Assembly: GCA_007693485.1 (NCBI GenBank) | Contig: REDM01000280.1 | Coordinates: 22,489-86,488 of the forward strand | Length of the DNA: 64,000 nucleotides | Origin: Spirochaetaceae bacterium | GTDB taxonomy: Bacteria > Spirochaetota > Spirochaetia > DSM-27196 > PWMO01 | Direction of reading: 5' to 3' | In this document: positions 25,031-34,382 of the stretch, piece after piece | How positions within the stretch are numbered: the stretch's first letter is position 1 | How the letters are laid out: each line of letters starts with the position of its first letter | Notes under the pieces: generated by a model | What the model was told of the DNA's origin: nothing | What the model saw: only the letters and a program-made list of their open reading frames with translations | Database searches by the model: none | Translations under genes and position numbers: made by a program

Positions 25031-26197
25031 ATGCAGGACTACAGCTCCATTTTGCGCACGGTGTACTTTTTTCGCGGTCTCAGTGATGGGGATATCAGTG
25101 CTCTCGCAGCACGGTGTGCCGAGGACCGTTTTTCAGCGGGTGACATTGTCTTTCGGGAAGGGGCCACCGGGGATCGCTTCTACATCGTAACCGGTGGGGA
25201 GGTAGAGGTCTGGAAAGACTACGACCGCGAGACACGCGATCTCCTTGCGGTCCACGGTCAGGGTCACCTTTTTGGGGAGATGGCTCTGGTAGACGATCTA
25301 CCACGAAGCGCGACGGTTCGTGCGCGCAGTGACACGAGCGTGCTCTTTCTATCTCGTGAGGATTTCACTGAGGTAGTTCGTACAGAGGCGTCGGTGGCAC
25401 TTTCGATCCTGAAATCGCTCTCTGCTATGGTGCGATCGAGCAATGACAGCTTTGTTGCGAGTCTTGCGCGACGCAACGAGCAGCTGCATGCTGCCTACAC
25501 GGAGCTGCAGGCAACGCAGGAAGAACTGCTTCGGGCGGAACGACTTTCTAACGTCGGGAAGTTTTCGTCGATGATCCTTCATGACATTCGAAATCCGATT
25601 TCGGCTGTGAAGGGATACGCGGAGTTGATTCTGGTAAAAGGCGATGACCCAGGGCGGGTGGAGCAATATTGCCACAGCATTCTGCGTGAGGCCGATCGGT
25701 TACACGATCTCGCCGGCGAACTGTTAGATTACTCGCGAGGGGAGATTCGGTTGGATGTTCGCCTCGTCGACGTGGAGACGTTTCTGCAGCGGTTTAAACT
25801 GTCCGTCGAAGAACGGTTCCGCTCGCGGGGTCTCGAGGTCGTGGTGGACAACGGCTGCACGGAGCCAGCACTTTTTGACGACAAGCGCATGGTTCGGGTG
25901 CTGATGAACCTCGCGGAAAACGCCCGCAAGGCAATGAAAAAGGGTGGGCGCCTTTCGGTTGTGGCTGAGCGTGTCGGTGTAGATACTCTTCAGTTGACTG
26001 TACGCGACACCGGCGCCGGTATGGCGCCCGAGGTGCTTGAGCGAATGTTTGAACCGTTCTACTCGGTCACTCCGGGCGGGACGGGGCTTGGACTTCTTAT
26101 CGTGAAAAATGTTGTCGAAGCGCACGATGGCACTCTTGAAGTGGAGAGTGTTCCCGGTCGGGGAACCACGTTTACGATTACCATCCCGTCTCGGTGA
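25031..26197 (+). CDS. Cyclic-nucleotide-binding domain fused to a histidine kinase (HisKA plus HATPase_c)
   Basis: The cNMP domain has FFRGLSD, FGEMALVDDLPRSATVRA. The H-box is ILHDIRNPISAVKGYAELI. N/G boxes are NLAENARKAM and RDTGAGM...GTGLGL. No adjacent response regulator. Confidence 0.85.
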   Translation: MQDYSSILRTVYFFRGLSDGDISALAARCAEDRFSAGDIVFREGATGDRFYIVTGGEVEVWKDYDRETRDLLAVHGQGHLFGEMALVDDLPRSATVRARSDTSVLFLSREDFTEVVRTEASVALSILKSLSAMVRSSNDSFVASLARRNEQLHAAYTELQATQEELLRAERLSNVGKFSSMILHDIRNPISAVKGYAELILVKGDDPGRVEQYCHSILREADRLHDLAGELLDYSRGEIRLDVRLVDVETFLQRFKLSVEERFRSRGLEVVVDNGCTEPALFDDKRMVRVLMNLAENARKAMKKGGRLSVVAERVGVDTLQLTVRDTGAGMAPEVLERMFEPFYSVTPGGTGLGLLIVKNVVEAHDGTLEVESVPGRGTTFTITIPSR

Positions 26198-26238
26198 CCA
26201 CCGTAGGTCGGGCCAGCCCACGCGGTCATCCCTGACAG

Positions 26239-27069
26239 TCACGTAGTACCAAGGCGAAATACGGCGCGAGTATTGGTGGCGATTGTTTCGGTCAGTGCTT
26301 CGACGGGCGTATCGCGAATTTCGGCAAGGAGCCGGATTGTGTGGGCGATGTAACCTGGGTGGTTGGGTTTTCCCCGCGCCGGGATCGGAGACAGAAACGG
26401 AGCGTCGGTCTCCGATAGAATTCGATCGGCGGGAACGATACGAGCGGCATCGCGGAGGCCGGTGGCGCTTTTGTACGTGATGTTTCCAGCAAACGAGATC
26501 CAGAATCCCAGGTCGACAAACCGGGCGACCCATTCTGCGGATGCAGAATAGCAGTGCATTACACCACCCGCAGGAGGAGTGATTTTTCGCAGTGTGTGGT
26601 AGACATCTGAGGTCGCATCGCGGTTGTGAATCACCACGGGAAGACCAAGTCGACATGCAAGGTGGAGTTGCGCTTCAAATGCGCACACCTGAGCGTCGGC
26701 TGTCTCTCTCCCGCGGTACCAGTCGAGCCCGGTTTCTCCAATGGCTACCGCGTCGACAACCCCGGAAGGTGTGGCACTCGAACTCGTGGCGTTTGAGAGC
26801 GCCATGATTGATGCGCTGTCGTCCCAGGATGTGGCGTTCATGGGATGGACGCCCGCGGTAAACCGCACGATAGGACAGGCGCCAAAGCGCTCGCGCCGGG
26901 CTGGAAGGTCGTCTGACGAGATCCCTATGTCAATGATGTGCTGCAGACCGGAGGCAACACATTCACGAAGAATCTGATCGACGGGCAATCCTTTCTGTTC
27001 CATAATGGAGAGGTGGCAATGCGAATCAACCGAACCAGATAGATAGTGAGCGTGCGCAAAACTGTCCAT
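26239..27069 (-). CDS. tatD: TatD-family metal-dependent hydrolase
   Basis: VDSHCHL, AIGETGLDWYR, PVVIHNRDA, MHCYS and SETDAPFL motifs. Confidence 0.9.
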   Translation of the reverse strand: MDSFAHAHYLSGSVDSHCHLSIMEQKGLPVDQILRECVASGLQHIIDIGISSDDLPARRERFGACPIVRFTAGVHPMNATSWDDSASIMALSNATSSSATPSGVVDAVAIGETGLDWYRGRETADAQVCAFEAQLHLACRLGLPVVIHNRDATSDVYHTLRKITPPAGGVMHCYSASAEWVARFVDLGFWISFAGNITYKSATGLRDAARIVPADRILSETDAPFLSPIPARGKPNHPGYIAHTIRLLAEIRDTPVEALTETIATNTRAVFRLGTT

Positions 27070-27131
27070 TGAGAGTCAACATAGCGGAAACCTGTCGGCA
27101 AAGGCAAGTCAATAAAAATACAAAAATATGA

Positions 27132-27160
27132 TTGACAGAATTACTCTGTAACCATTAACC
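27132..27160 (+). promoter_or_regulatory. Candidate promoter TTGACA-17-TTAACC, 7 nt from the GAF-kinase ATG
   Basis: Consensus -35 at 27132-27137 and a weak -10 at 27155-27160. Lies in an AT-rich divergent region, with no SD before ATG 27168. Confidence 0.3.
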
Positions 27161-27167
27161 TCTCAAT

Positions 27168-28385
27168 ATGTTAAGCGCCTCCATTCCAGAGAATGAAACC
27201 GAACGTCTCGCAAAACTCGCGGAATATGAAATTCTCGACTCCGCGGACGAACAGGATTACGACGATATTGCCCGCCTGGTCACCGAGATCTGTGGAACCA
27301 GTCTGTCTACGATTTCTTTTGTGGATCGTGAACGGCAGTGGTTCAAGGCGGGAGTTGGAATTACCGCAAAAGAGACGCACCGCGATGTAGCCTTCTGCGC
27401 GCATACCATACTGGGAGATGATCTATTTGTCGTTGAGGATGCGTTCAAGGATCCGCGGTTTGAGGACAATCCCCTGGTTACGATTGATCCCCGACTGCGG
27501 TTCTACGCGGGAATGCCGCTGATTACCCCTGATGGATACCGGCTGGGTGCGCTCTGCGCTATCGACCGAATCCCTCGCGTTCTCACGGAACAGCAGAAAG
27601 ATGCAATGGGTATACTTGCGCGACACGTTGTGCACCTGCTGGAACTGCGGAAATCAAACCGGTTGCTGGAAGCGCAGAACCGGACACTTGCGGAGAGCTC
27701 AGAGCTCAAGTCTCGGCTGCTGTCGATAGTGTCGCACGACCTGCGATCGCCGCTCGCGAGCATGGCCTCAACGGTTACGCTGCTTACCGATCACGACCTT
27801 GGCTCCGACGAGCAGAGCCAGGTTCTTTCCGAGCTTGGGAAGCTGCTGCTTTCTACGGAGCACCTGATCGATAACGTCATTTCGTGGGCCTCGCAGGAGG
27901 TGAACCGCGCGGGTTTCACGGTTCAAGAGATCGATCTGGTCGGATTTTGTGGCGGGCTCAGTGATGCCCTGTCCTGGGATTTCAGACGGAAAGGGAACCA
28001 GTTTTCGATTCACTGCCCTGAGGGAGCGATTGCCATAACCGACCCGAATGTTCTCGGCTTTGTGCTGCGTAACCTCCTGGGCAACGCCAATAAGTTCACC
28101 CAATCCGGTACGATCGATCTTGAATGCCATGTGGAGGCTGAGGCCGTTCGGTTTGTCGTACGGGACTCGGGAGTAGGTATGAGTCCGGCTCGCGTGAAGT
28201 CGCTTTTCGACTGGTCTGCTCGGTCTCGCACCAACGGTACCGACGGCGAACGCGGAGCGGGGCTCGCCCTGGTATTCTGCGCGGATTTTGCAGCAAAACT
28301 TGGCGGCACCATCACGGCGAAGAGTGAAAAAGGGCAGGGATCTGAGTTCACGATGGTCCTGCCTACTGCGAAAACTGCGCCGTAG
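27168..28385 (+). CDS. GAF-domain sensor histidine kinase
   Basis: ERLAKLAEYEILDS plus a GAF core, H-box SIVSHDLRSPLASM, and HATPase motifs NLLGNANKF and RDSGVGM...GAGLAL. Confidence 0.85.
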   Translation: MLSASIPENETERLAKLAEYEILDSADEQDYDDIARLVTEICGTSLSTISFVDRERQWFKAGVGITAKETHRDVAFCAHTILGDDLFVVEDAFKDPRFEDNPLVTIDPRLRFYAGMPLITPDGYRLGALCAIDRIPRVLTEQQKDAMGILARHVVHLLELRKSNRLLEAQNRTLAESSELKSRLLSIVSHDLRSPLASMASTVTLLTDHDLGSDEQSQVLSELGKLLLSTEHLIDNVISWASQEVNRAGFTVQEIDLVGFCGGLSDALSWDFRRKGNQFSIHCPEGAIAITDPNVLGFVLRNLLGNANKFTQSGTIDLECHVEAEAVRFVVRDSGVGMSPARVKSLFDWSARSRTNGTDGERGAGLALVFCADFAAKLGGTITAKSEKGQGSEFTMVLPTAKTAP

Positions 28386-28457
28386 TTCCTCGGATTGATC
28401 TGCCATCGTGCGACGGCAACCTGTTGTGCCGCCGTCGCATGGGTAGGTCTCCGGTGT

Positions 28458-30194
28458 CTACTGCGGCTCTTCCTCTCCCACCACGTGACGCTTGATTTTT
28501 TTTGTGGTGGTCATCTCGAGTGGTTCATCGAGCAGCGTCACACGAGTAATCCGTTGGTATGGGGTCAGCTGCTGCTGATTCACCTCCGCAACAATCTGGT
28601 TCACCCGTTCCTCAATCTGCCGCTTCCCGTCAGAGGTTTCACCGTCTCCGTCGGCAAAAAAGTCCACGTTGGGATGAATCAACGCCTCAATTAGCTCGAT
28701 ACGAGTCTGGTCATCGGCCTGGTACCCTCGGACGAGAATCTGGTCGATCTCGTCATAGAGCTGAAAACAGTTCTCGATCTCCTCGGGATACACGTTCTTC
28801 CCGCCTTCGGTGACGATGAGATTTTTGGCCCGTCCGGTGAGATAGAGGTAGTTTTCGTGGTCGAGACGGCCGATATCACCGGTCTTAAAATAGCCGTCGT
28901 GGGTGAACACCTTTGCGGTCTCGTCGGGGAGGTTGTAGTAACCCTGCATCACCATTGGCCCCTTCACCACAATTTCGCCGGCACCGCGTTCGTCACTGTC
29001 GATGATTTTCATGTCAGCGTTTGGGATGACCTTTCCCACGCTGGTCTCTTTGTAATGATAAATGGGGTTGAGCGTAAGTATGGGAGACGTCTCGGTGAGC
29101 CCGTATCCCTGCACAAAGTCAATTCCGAGCTGGTTGTAGCGACGGAACACCTCGGGCGCGAGTGGTCCACCACCGGAGATACAGATGCGAACCGTGGCCA
29201 GCGAGGCCTTGTCGAGCACCGTGTGAAACAGCTTCTTCCCCGGATTACGACCGGTGACCTTTTTGATCAGTCCGCTTACAACCATAAGGCTGCGGATGAT
29301 TCCGTAAACAAAAAGTCCCTTCTCGCGAACTCCCCGCATGATGCCCGCGAGCACCTTATTAAATAGCATGGGCACGCCAAGAAACATCGTTACGCGGGCC
29401 GCTTTAAGATCGTGCAGAATCTGTTTGATCACCATTCGCTTACCAAAGACAATCTCCGCGCCCACCGAGATCCCCTCGATAAACACGGCGAGCATGCAAT
29501 AGGAATGGTGCAGGGGAAGCAGTGCGTAGAAAATATCTGTGTGATAAATCTCGAGATTTGCCTGCGCCAGAAGGCAGTCGGAAACGAGGTTTGCATGACT
29601 GAGCATGACCCCTTTGGGGGTGCCGGTTGTGCCCGACGTGAACAGAATTGCCGCGAGCTCGTGTTCTTTTGCCGGCTCAATGTCAGCCGACGCCGGACTC
29701 TCCAGCGAGTAGATGTACGGCGCCTGTTCCCGTGAAAGACTGTATACGTGCTTGCCGACAACTTTACTGGACAGCATCCGGTCAAACCGTTCGTCGTCGA
29801 CAAACAGTGCTTTTGCACCGGAGACCGAAATCAGCTTCTCGATATCGGCGTCTTTGAGCTGGTAATCAATCGGAACCACGACGGCACCGGCAAACAGCGT
29901 TGCCAGATACGCGACCGCCCACTCGGGACTGTTCTTTCCCGTTACAGCAACGCGGTCGCCGTGCCGCACCTTGATTGATCGTAAGAAACCGGCAACACGA
30001 TGAATCGTTGCCAATGCTTCGGCATAGGTCATGCTGATTCGGTCAGGATCGTACACAGTAAAGCAGGTTCGGTCGGGATATCGCTCGGCGGTGATGGTGA
30101 AGAGTTCCGGCAGTGTGGGCCACGTGCCATGGAACACCGTTCCTCGATACGCATCGAGGAAACTCCAGGGAGTTTCGCGTTGGGTGGTTTCCAT
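28458..30194 (-). CDS. Long-chain fatty acid-CoA ligase (AMP-binding family)
   Basis: AMP-binding motif ILFTSGTTGTPKGVMLSHANL, plus GYGLTE and TGDIGRLD. ATG 30194 (GAGAGG upstream) was chosen over the 30275 ORF start. Confidence 0.88.
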   Translation of the reverse strand: METTQRETPWSFLDAYRGTVFHGTWPTLPELFTITAERYPDRTCFTVYDPDRISMTYAEALATIHRVAGFLRSIKVRHGDRVAVTGKNSPEWAVAYLATLFAGAVVVPIDYQLKDADIEKLISVSGAKALFVDDERFDRMLSSKVVGKHVYSLSREQAPYIYSLESPASADIEPAKEHELAAILFTSGTTGTPKGVMLSHANLVSDCLLAQANLEIYHTDIFYALLPLHHSYCMLAVFIEGISVGAEIVFGKRMVIKQILHDLKAARVTMFLGVPMLFNKVLAGIMRGVREKGLFVYGIIRSLMVVSGLIKKVTGRNPGKKLFHTVLDKASLATVRICISGGGPLAPEVFRRYNQLGIDFVQGYGLTETSPILTLNPIYHYKETSVGKVIPNADMKIIDSDERGAGEIVVKGPMVMQGYYNLPDETAKVFTHDGYFKTGDIGRLDHENYLYLTGRAKNLIVTEGGKNVYPEEIENCFQLYDEIDQILVRGYQADDQTRIELIEALIHPNVDFFADGDGETSDGKRQIEERVNQIVAEVNQQQLTPYQRITRVTLLDEPLEMTTTKKIKRHVVGEEEPQ

Positions 30195-30318
30195 CCGTTT
30201 GCCTCTCGGTTGTTTGGCCGATTGTAACACGGAACGACACAGCTGTCGCGGAGGAAACCACAGAAACCACGGCAAATTGCTGTTCGCATTGCGGAGAAAT
30301 CAAATACCCGAAACCCGA

Positions 30319-31551
30319 TCAGTACTCGTACTTTGTTCGAATGGATGAAACGACGTCCTGCATACCCAGAAACAGGGCAACGAGCTCGGGATCAAACTGA
30401 GAGCCGGCGGACGCTTCCAGATACTCAAGGGCGCGGTCCACTTCCCACGGGTCCTTGTAGGCTCGTTCGGAGACCAGCGCGTCAAACACGTCCACCACCG
30501 CCACGATGCGTGCGCTTACCGGGATCTCGGTACCGGTCTTCCCGGGGCCAAACGATATCGGATTGGTGTGTATCGATGGAAGTTTGCCCGGATAGCCGGT
30601 GCCGTCCCAGCGCTCGTGATGATTGAGGATCACCTCACGCGACATCTGGTCCCAAGGAGAGTTGGTATAGGTAAAGAGCCTCGCGCCGAGTACGGTGTGC
30701 CAACGCAGGCGCTCGCGCTCCTGAGTTGTCAGTTTCCCCCTTTTTTGAAGGATGGTATCGCTGACGGCAACCTTCCCGATGTCATGCAGCATGGCCGCTG
30801 TTTTCAACACCCCGCGCTTTCGGCGGATGGTCTTCTCGGGGGTGCCGTGCTGTGTGGCCCAGAGATGATAGAGTTCCGCAGCGTAGGCACCAACGCGCTT
30901 GGCGTGGCGGCTTGTCTCAAAGGGATCGCGCAACTCGGCGAGTTCCACCATGCGAAGCACCATCTCTTTGCTGAGCCGCGCCGCCTCAATGGCTCCTGCA
31001 GCGTGGCGGGCAAACTGATTCACGTATCGACGATCATGCTCCGAGAATGCCACGACCGTACCATCCTCCGCCTTTGCGTTGATGAGCTGCAAGACACCGA
31101 CGATTCTCCCCGTCCGGGTTGACAGGGGGACAATCAGCATGGAGCGGGTAAGGTACGACGTTTTCTGATCGAAGGAAGGGTTGAAGGAATAATCGACCTG
31201 ACTCTGAATATGGTACACATCGTCGATCAGAAGGCTCTCACCGCTTGCGGCAACGTAGCCGGCGAGTGAACTGTTATCGAGCGGAAGGCTCCGGCTTGAG
31301 TAGACGTAGCGCGACTCGGCCTGGTTTCGCGCAAACAATGTATCGTTCTGTACGAAGCTGAAATAGAGACGGTTTCGCGATACCAGATAGAGTGTTCCCG
31401 CGTCGGCATTAACGAATGCGCGGGCTTCGAGCAGAACGCGCTCAAGAAGCTCGTCGAGCTCCTGGATGTGATGCACCATTTCGATGACGTCGAGAAGCTC
31501 GTTAGCGCCTCGTACCGGACCGAGGCGCGCGCTGACTTTTTGTTGAACCAC
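30319..31551 (-). CDS. GAF plus HD-GYP domain protein (putative c-di-GMP phosphodiesterase)
   Basis: The N-terminal GAF region is followed by HDIGK and HHERWDGTGYPGKL (HD-GYP signature). The start could be GTG 31551 or ATG 31479. Confidence 0.88.
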   Translation of the reverse strand: MVQQKVSARLGPVRGANELLDVIEMVHHIQELDELLERVLLEARAFVNADAGTLYLVSRNRLYFSFVQNDTLFARNQAESRYVYSSRSLPLDNSSLAGYVAASGESLLIDDVYHIQSQVDYSFNPSFDQKTSYLTRSMLIVPLSTRTGRIVGVLQLINAKAEDGTVVAFSEHDRRYVNQFARHAAGAIEAARLSKEMVLRMVELAELRDPFETSRHAKRVGAYAAELYHLWATQHGTPEKTIRRKRGVLKTAAMLHDIGKVAVSDTILQKRGKLTTQERERLRWHTVLGARLFTYTNSPWDQMSREVILNHHERWDGTGYPGKLPSIHTNPISFGPGKTGTEIPVSARIVAVVDVFDALVSERAYKDPWEVDRALEYLEASAGSQFDPELVALFLGMQDVVSSIRTKYEY

Positions 31552-31596
31552 GTTTCCATACTACTTTGTTCCGGCAAATTCTGCAAACAGATGTTT

Positions 31597-31622
31597 GTGT
31601 TCCAAAGTCTGTGCATTTTTCG
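31597..31622 (+). terminator. Terminator-like motif GTGTTCCAAAGTCTGTGCATTTTTCG (copy 2), on the strand opposite the flanking genes
   Basis: Together with upstream TGCAAACAGA (31582-31591) it forms an 8-bp stem (2-nt bulge) followed by T5. 24/27 identical to 4193-4218. Confidence 0.35.
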
Positions 31623-31635
31623 AGGTCTTCCTGGC

Positions 31636-31869
31636 TCAGGCGTACCGGTCAACGTGGTTACCGAGATGCGCCGGCAAGGGGTAGCGCCTGCGCCGATCAA
31701 GCCGGCGCCGGTACCGACGGCGATCCGCCACATCTGGTGCAAGATCGAGATCAACGCTGTCGAGGTCGTTGGTATCCGGAAGCTCGGCTGCCATGATCGA
31801 AACGCGGGGGTGAGGGGCCTTACGCCGCTGAATGGCGCGCGGAGCATCCGGGTCGATAATCATCGCCAT
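31636..31869 (-). CDS. Hypothetical 77-aa protein with an acidic N-half and an Arg-rich C-half
   Basis: ATG with AAGGAG 6 nt upstream and GC-rich third codon positions like neighbouring genes. No recognisable motif. Confidence 0.4.
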   Translation of the reverse strand: MAMIIDPDAPRAIQRRKAPHPRVSIMAAELPDTNDLDSVDLDLAPDVADRRRYRRRLDRRRRYPLPAHLGNHVDRYA

Positions 31870-31963
31870 GGCTCGCTCCTTACCTGTATAATACCACCAT
31901 TTCGCCGAAACGGCGACCGCGTGGTTCAGGGGAAGACTGGCACAAGAGACGAAGAATCGGAAA

Positions 31964-32440
31964 TCAGAGCTGAGTCAATGCCACGTCGCTTTCGGCGAGG
32001 ATTGCGGGCACCAGTTCATCGTTATGGTAGTCAAAATGGTAGACAATCTCGCGCACACCGGCCGCAGCCAGGATCTTTGCGCAATTGATGCAAGGGAAAT
32101 GGGTCACGTAGATTGTGGCGCCGTCGAGTCCAACACCCCGACGCGCGGCATCGGCGATGGCGTTCTGCTCTGCGTGGACCGTAGCCTGCTCGTGACCGTC
32201 CCGTACCCGCGAGACGTGGGCAGCGCCGGGGAGAAAACCGTTGTATCCGGCCGCAACGATGCGGTTGCAGTTTTCGCCGCCGGACACGACCACGCATCCG
32301 ACGTGGAGGCGCTCACAGCTGGATCGGGAAGCGAGCAGCAGGGCGGTTGCCATGAAATAGGCGCCCCAGGAGGGGCGCTCGGCGAGGTGATCGGTGATGG
32401 CTGCGACCTGCTCGACCAGGTCGTGGTCAAGGTTACTCAA
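31964..32440 (-). CDS. Deoxycytidylate (dCMP) deaminase
   Basis: HAEQNAI and THFPCINCAKIL zinc-binding motifs. Confidence 0.9.
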   Translation of the reverse strand: MSNLDHDLVEQVAAITDHLAERPSWGAYFMATALLLASRSSCERLHVGCVVVSGGENCNRIVAAGYNGFLPGAAHVSRVRDGHEQATVHAEQNAIADAARRGVGLDGATIYVTHFPCINCAKILAAAGVREIVYHFDYHNDELVPAILAESDVALTQL

Positions 32441-32753
32441 TGACCGACTTCGCCGTTGGAACGAGCCGCTTTACGACGATTTTTTCCCGGAGAATCAACT
32501 CTCCGACCTTGGGCGCGTATTCATTTTTCCATGCGGCGCTCTCGTAAACGGCTTTGTAGAGCCGTTCGCGGTCTTTCTCGTTCTTGAAGCGGCGGATCCA
32601 GTAAAAGAGGTTCTCATCCTGCTCGTCGACAAAACTTCCCACTACAACCATCCCGCACGACATCTGGTACGGTGCAACCTTCGTCTCAAAGAACTTGACC
32701 CATTCATCGCGTTTGCCCGGTCGGAGCGTATACTGTCGGAACTCAAAAAACAT
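32433..32753 (-). CDS. NIPSNAP-family protein
   Basis: 106 aa reading MFFEFRQYTLRPGKRDEWVKFFE...FYWIRRFKNEKDRERLYKAVYES, typical of NIPSNAP. Confidence 0.72.
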   Translation of the reverse strand: MFFEFRQYTLRPGKRDEWVKFFETKVAPYQMSCGMVVVGSFVDEQDENLFYWIRRFKNEKDRERLYKAVYESAAWKNEYAPKVGELILREKIVVKRLVPTAKSVIE

Positions 32754-32825
32754 GCGGTTTCCTCCGTACGGCCATCATACTCGAAAGTCCGCACCAGATC
32801 GAGTGGCCTGTGGTAAGATTCTTCC

Positions 32826-33875
32826 ATGAACGGGATGATCTGGGTAGCAATACTTGTCTGCATTTCTCAGTCCGCGATGCTCTCGGGACTCAACCTTGCG
32901 TTTTTCAGCATGAGTCGACTTTCGCTGGAGGTGGAGGCAAACAAGGGTAATCCGCGGGCACGCACGGTTCTCAAGCTTCGGGAACGAAGCAATCTGCTGC
33001 TTGTGACGATTCTCTGGGCAAACGTCGCGGTGAACGTGCTGCTCGCATTGCTGTCTGATTCGGCGCTTGCCGGTGTTGCGGCGTTTGTTTTCTCGACGGT
33101 ACTGATTACGATAGTCGGCGAGATCATCCCTCAGGCATTCTTCTCCCGCCACGCGCTCGCGGTCTGTACGTTCTTTGCGCCGGTCATCACGGTATACCAG
33201 GTGGTGTTCTTCCCGGTTGCGGGGCCTACCGCGTGGCTGCTCGATCGCGTACTGGGGACGGAGGGAATTCGCTTCTTTCGAGAGGCCGATTTACGGGAAC
33301 TGATCAAGCTTCACGCCGCCGCGCCTGAGAGCGATATCGGAATCGTTGAAGGTACCGGATCGGTAAACTTCCTTACCATCGACGACGCGCCAATCAGCTC
33401 CGTGGGAGAACCACTGGATCCCCACAGCGTGCTCGAGGTTGAGTTTTCCGCGGATGGACGACCGCTCTTTCCGATTGGAGAACGAGCACACCGGGATGCT
33501 TTCCTCCGTGCAATCGATGCTTCGCAGAAAAAGTGGGTGATTCTTGTGGACCGCGACGGCGAGCCACGCCTCACCGTAAACGCGCACAGCTTTCTTCGCG
33601 GGGCCCTGTTGCATCCCCAACAGTTTTCTGCAGTGGAACACTGCCACCGTCCGATTGTAGTGCGCAAGTCGCACACCAAGCTCGGCGCGCTGCTGCCGCG
33701 ACTGAAGGTGCATCCCAAACGTGCCGACGACGATGTTGTTGATCAGGATATCATCCTTCTCTGGTCCGAAGAGCGCCGCGTGATTACGGGTTCGGATATT
33801 CTGGGGCGACTGTTACGCGGAATCGCGCAACGGACCGGGACTGAACATGACGCGATACGCGCGCAGCGATCCTGA
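32826..33875 (+). CDS. CNNM/DUF21-domain membrane protein (HlyC/CorC family)
   Basis: The N-terminal DUF21 pattern is SAMLSGLNLAFFSMSRLSLE...LLVTILWANVAVN...GEIIPQA. Confidence 0.78.
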   Translation: MNGMIWVAILVCISQSAMLSGLNLAFFSMSRLSLEVEANKGNPRARTVLKLRERSNLLLVTILWANVAVNVLLALLSDSALAGVAAFVFSTVLITIVGEIIPQAFFSRHALAVCTFFAPVITVYQVVFFPVAGPTAWLLDRVLGTEGIRFFREADLRELIKLHAAAPESDIGIVEGTGSVNFLTIDDAPISSVGEPLDPHSVLEVEFSADGRPLFPIGERAHRDAFLRAIDASQKKWVILVDRDGEPRLTVNAHSFLRGALLHPQQFSAVEHCHRPIVVRKSHTKLGALLPRLKVHPKRADDDVVDQDIILLWSEERRVITGSDILGRLLRGIAQRTGTEHDAIRAQRS

Positions 33876-33892
33876 CCGGCGATTCAGTCAAT

Positions 33893-33921
33893 TTGACCCG
33901 CGGTCGGGACGACAGTATGTT
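33893..33921 (+). promoter_or_regulatory. Sigma70-like promoter TTGACC-17-TATGTT
   Basis: -35 at 33893-33898 and -10 at 33916-33921, 19 nt upstream of ATG 33941, with AGAGGAA as SD. Confidence 0.4.
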
Positions 33922-33940
33922 GTAAGTACAGAGGAACACC

Positions 33941-34234
33941 ATGAGCGAGAAACGAGATGCATTTGTGCAGAAGATGCAGGCAGGACTCGATGAATTGAAC
34001 GCCAAGATCGACGTTCTCGAGGCCAAATCCGAGAAAGCGTCCGCCGAGGCGCGGGTAGAGTACCTGAAGCGCGTTGCCGACGCGAAGGCGAAGCGAAACG
34101 AGATGAGCGATAAACTTGCCGAGGTCAAACGGTCAAGCGGAGACGCATGGGAGGAGCTGCGGGGTGGCCTGCAGACGTCCTGGGATGCTCTGAGCAGTTC
34201 CGTGAAGTCAGCCTGGGAAAAACTCGGAGAGTGA
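33941..34234 (+). CDS. Hypothetical coiled-coil protein (97 aa)
   Basis: Heptad-rich, K/E/A-rich sequence with its own promoter-like element and SD. Confidence 0.5.
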   Translation: MSEKRDAFVQKMQAGLDELNAKIDVLEAKSEKASAEARVEYLKRVADAKAKRNEMSDKLAEVKRSSGDAWEELRGGLQTSWDALSSSVKSAWEKLGE

Positions 34235-34336
34235 GTTCGCCATGTCGAGAAGGGCTCGCGGCGGCGTCAAGGGTTGACGACACCCTGTGCGAATTCGGTT
34301 CGCATGGTGCCGCGTGGGAGCTCGCAACCGTACAAA

Positions 34337-34364
34337 GGACTGGGGGCGCAGTGCCACCCAGTCC
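34337..34364. terminator. Hairpin GGACTGGG-(12 nt)-CCCAGTCC between convergent genes
   Basis: 8-bp perfect stem with no U tract on either side. Confidence 0.3.
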
Positions 34365-34382
34365 AGAATGAATCGCCCAAGC

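Noticed and set aside
25724-26656. 310-aa - strand ORF
   Set aside because: It is antisense to the well-supported cNMP histidine kinase and out of frame with tatD. Its Arg/Pro/Ser-rich composition is typical of a shadow ORF.
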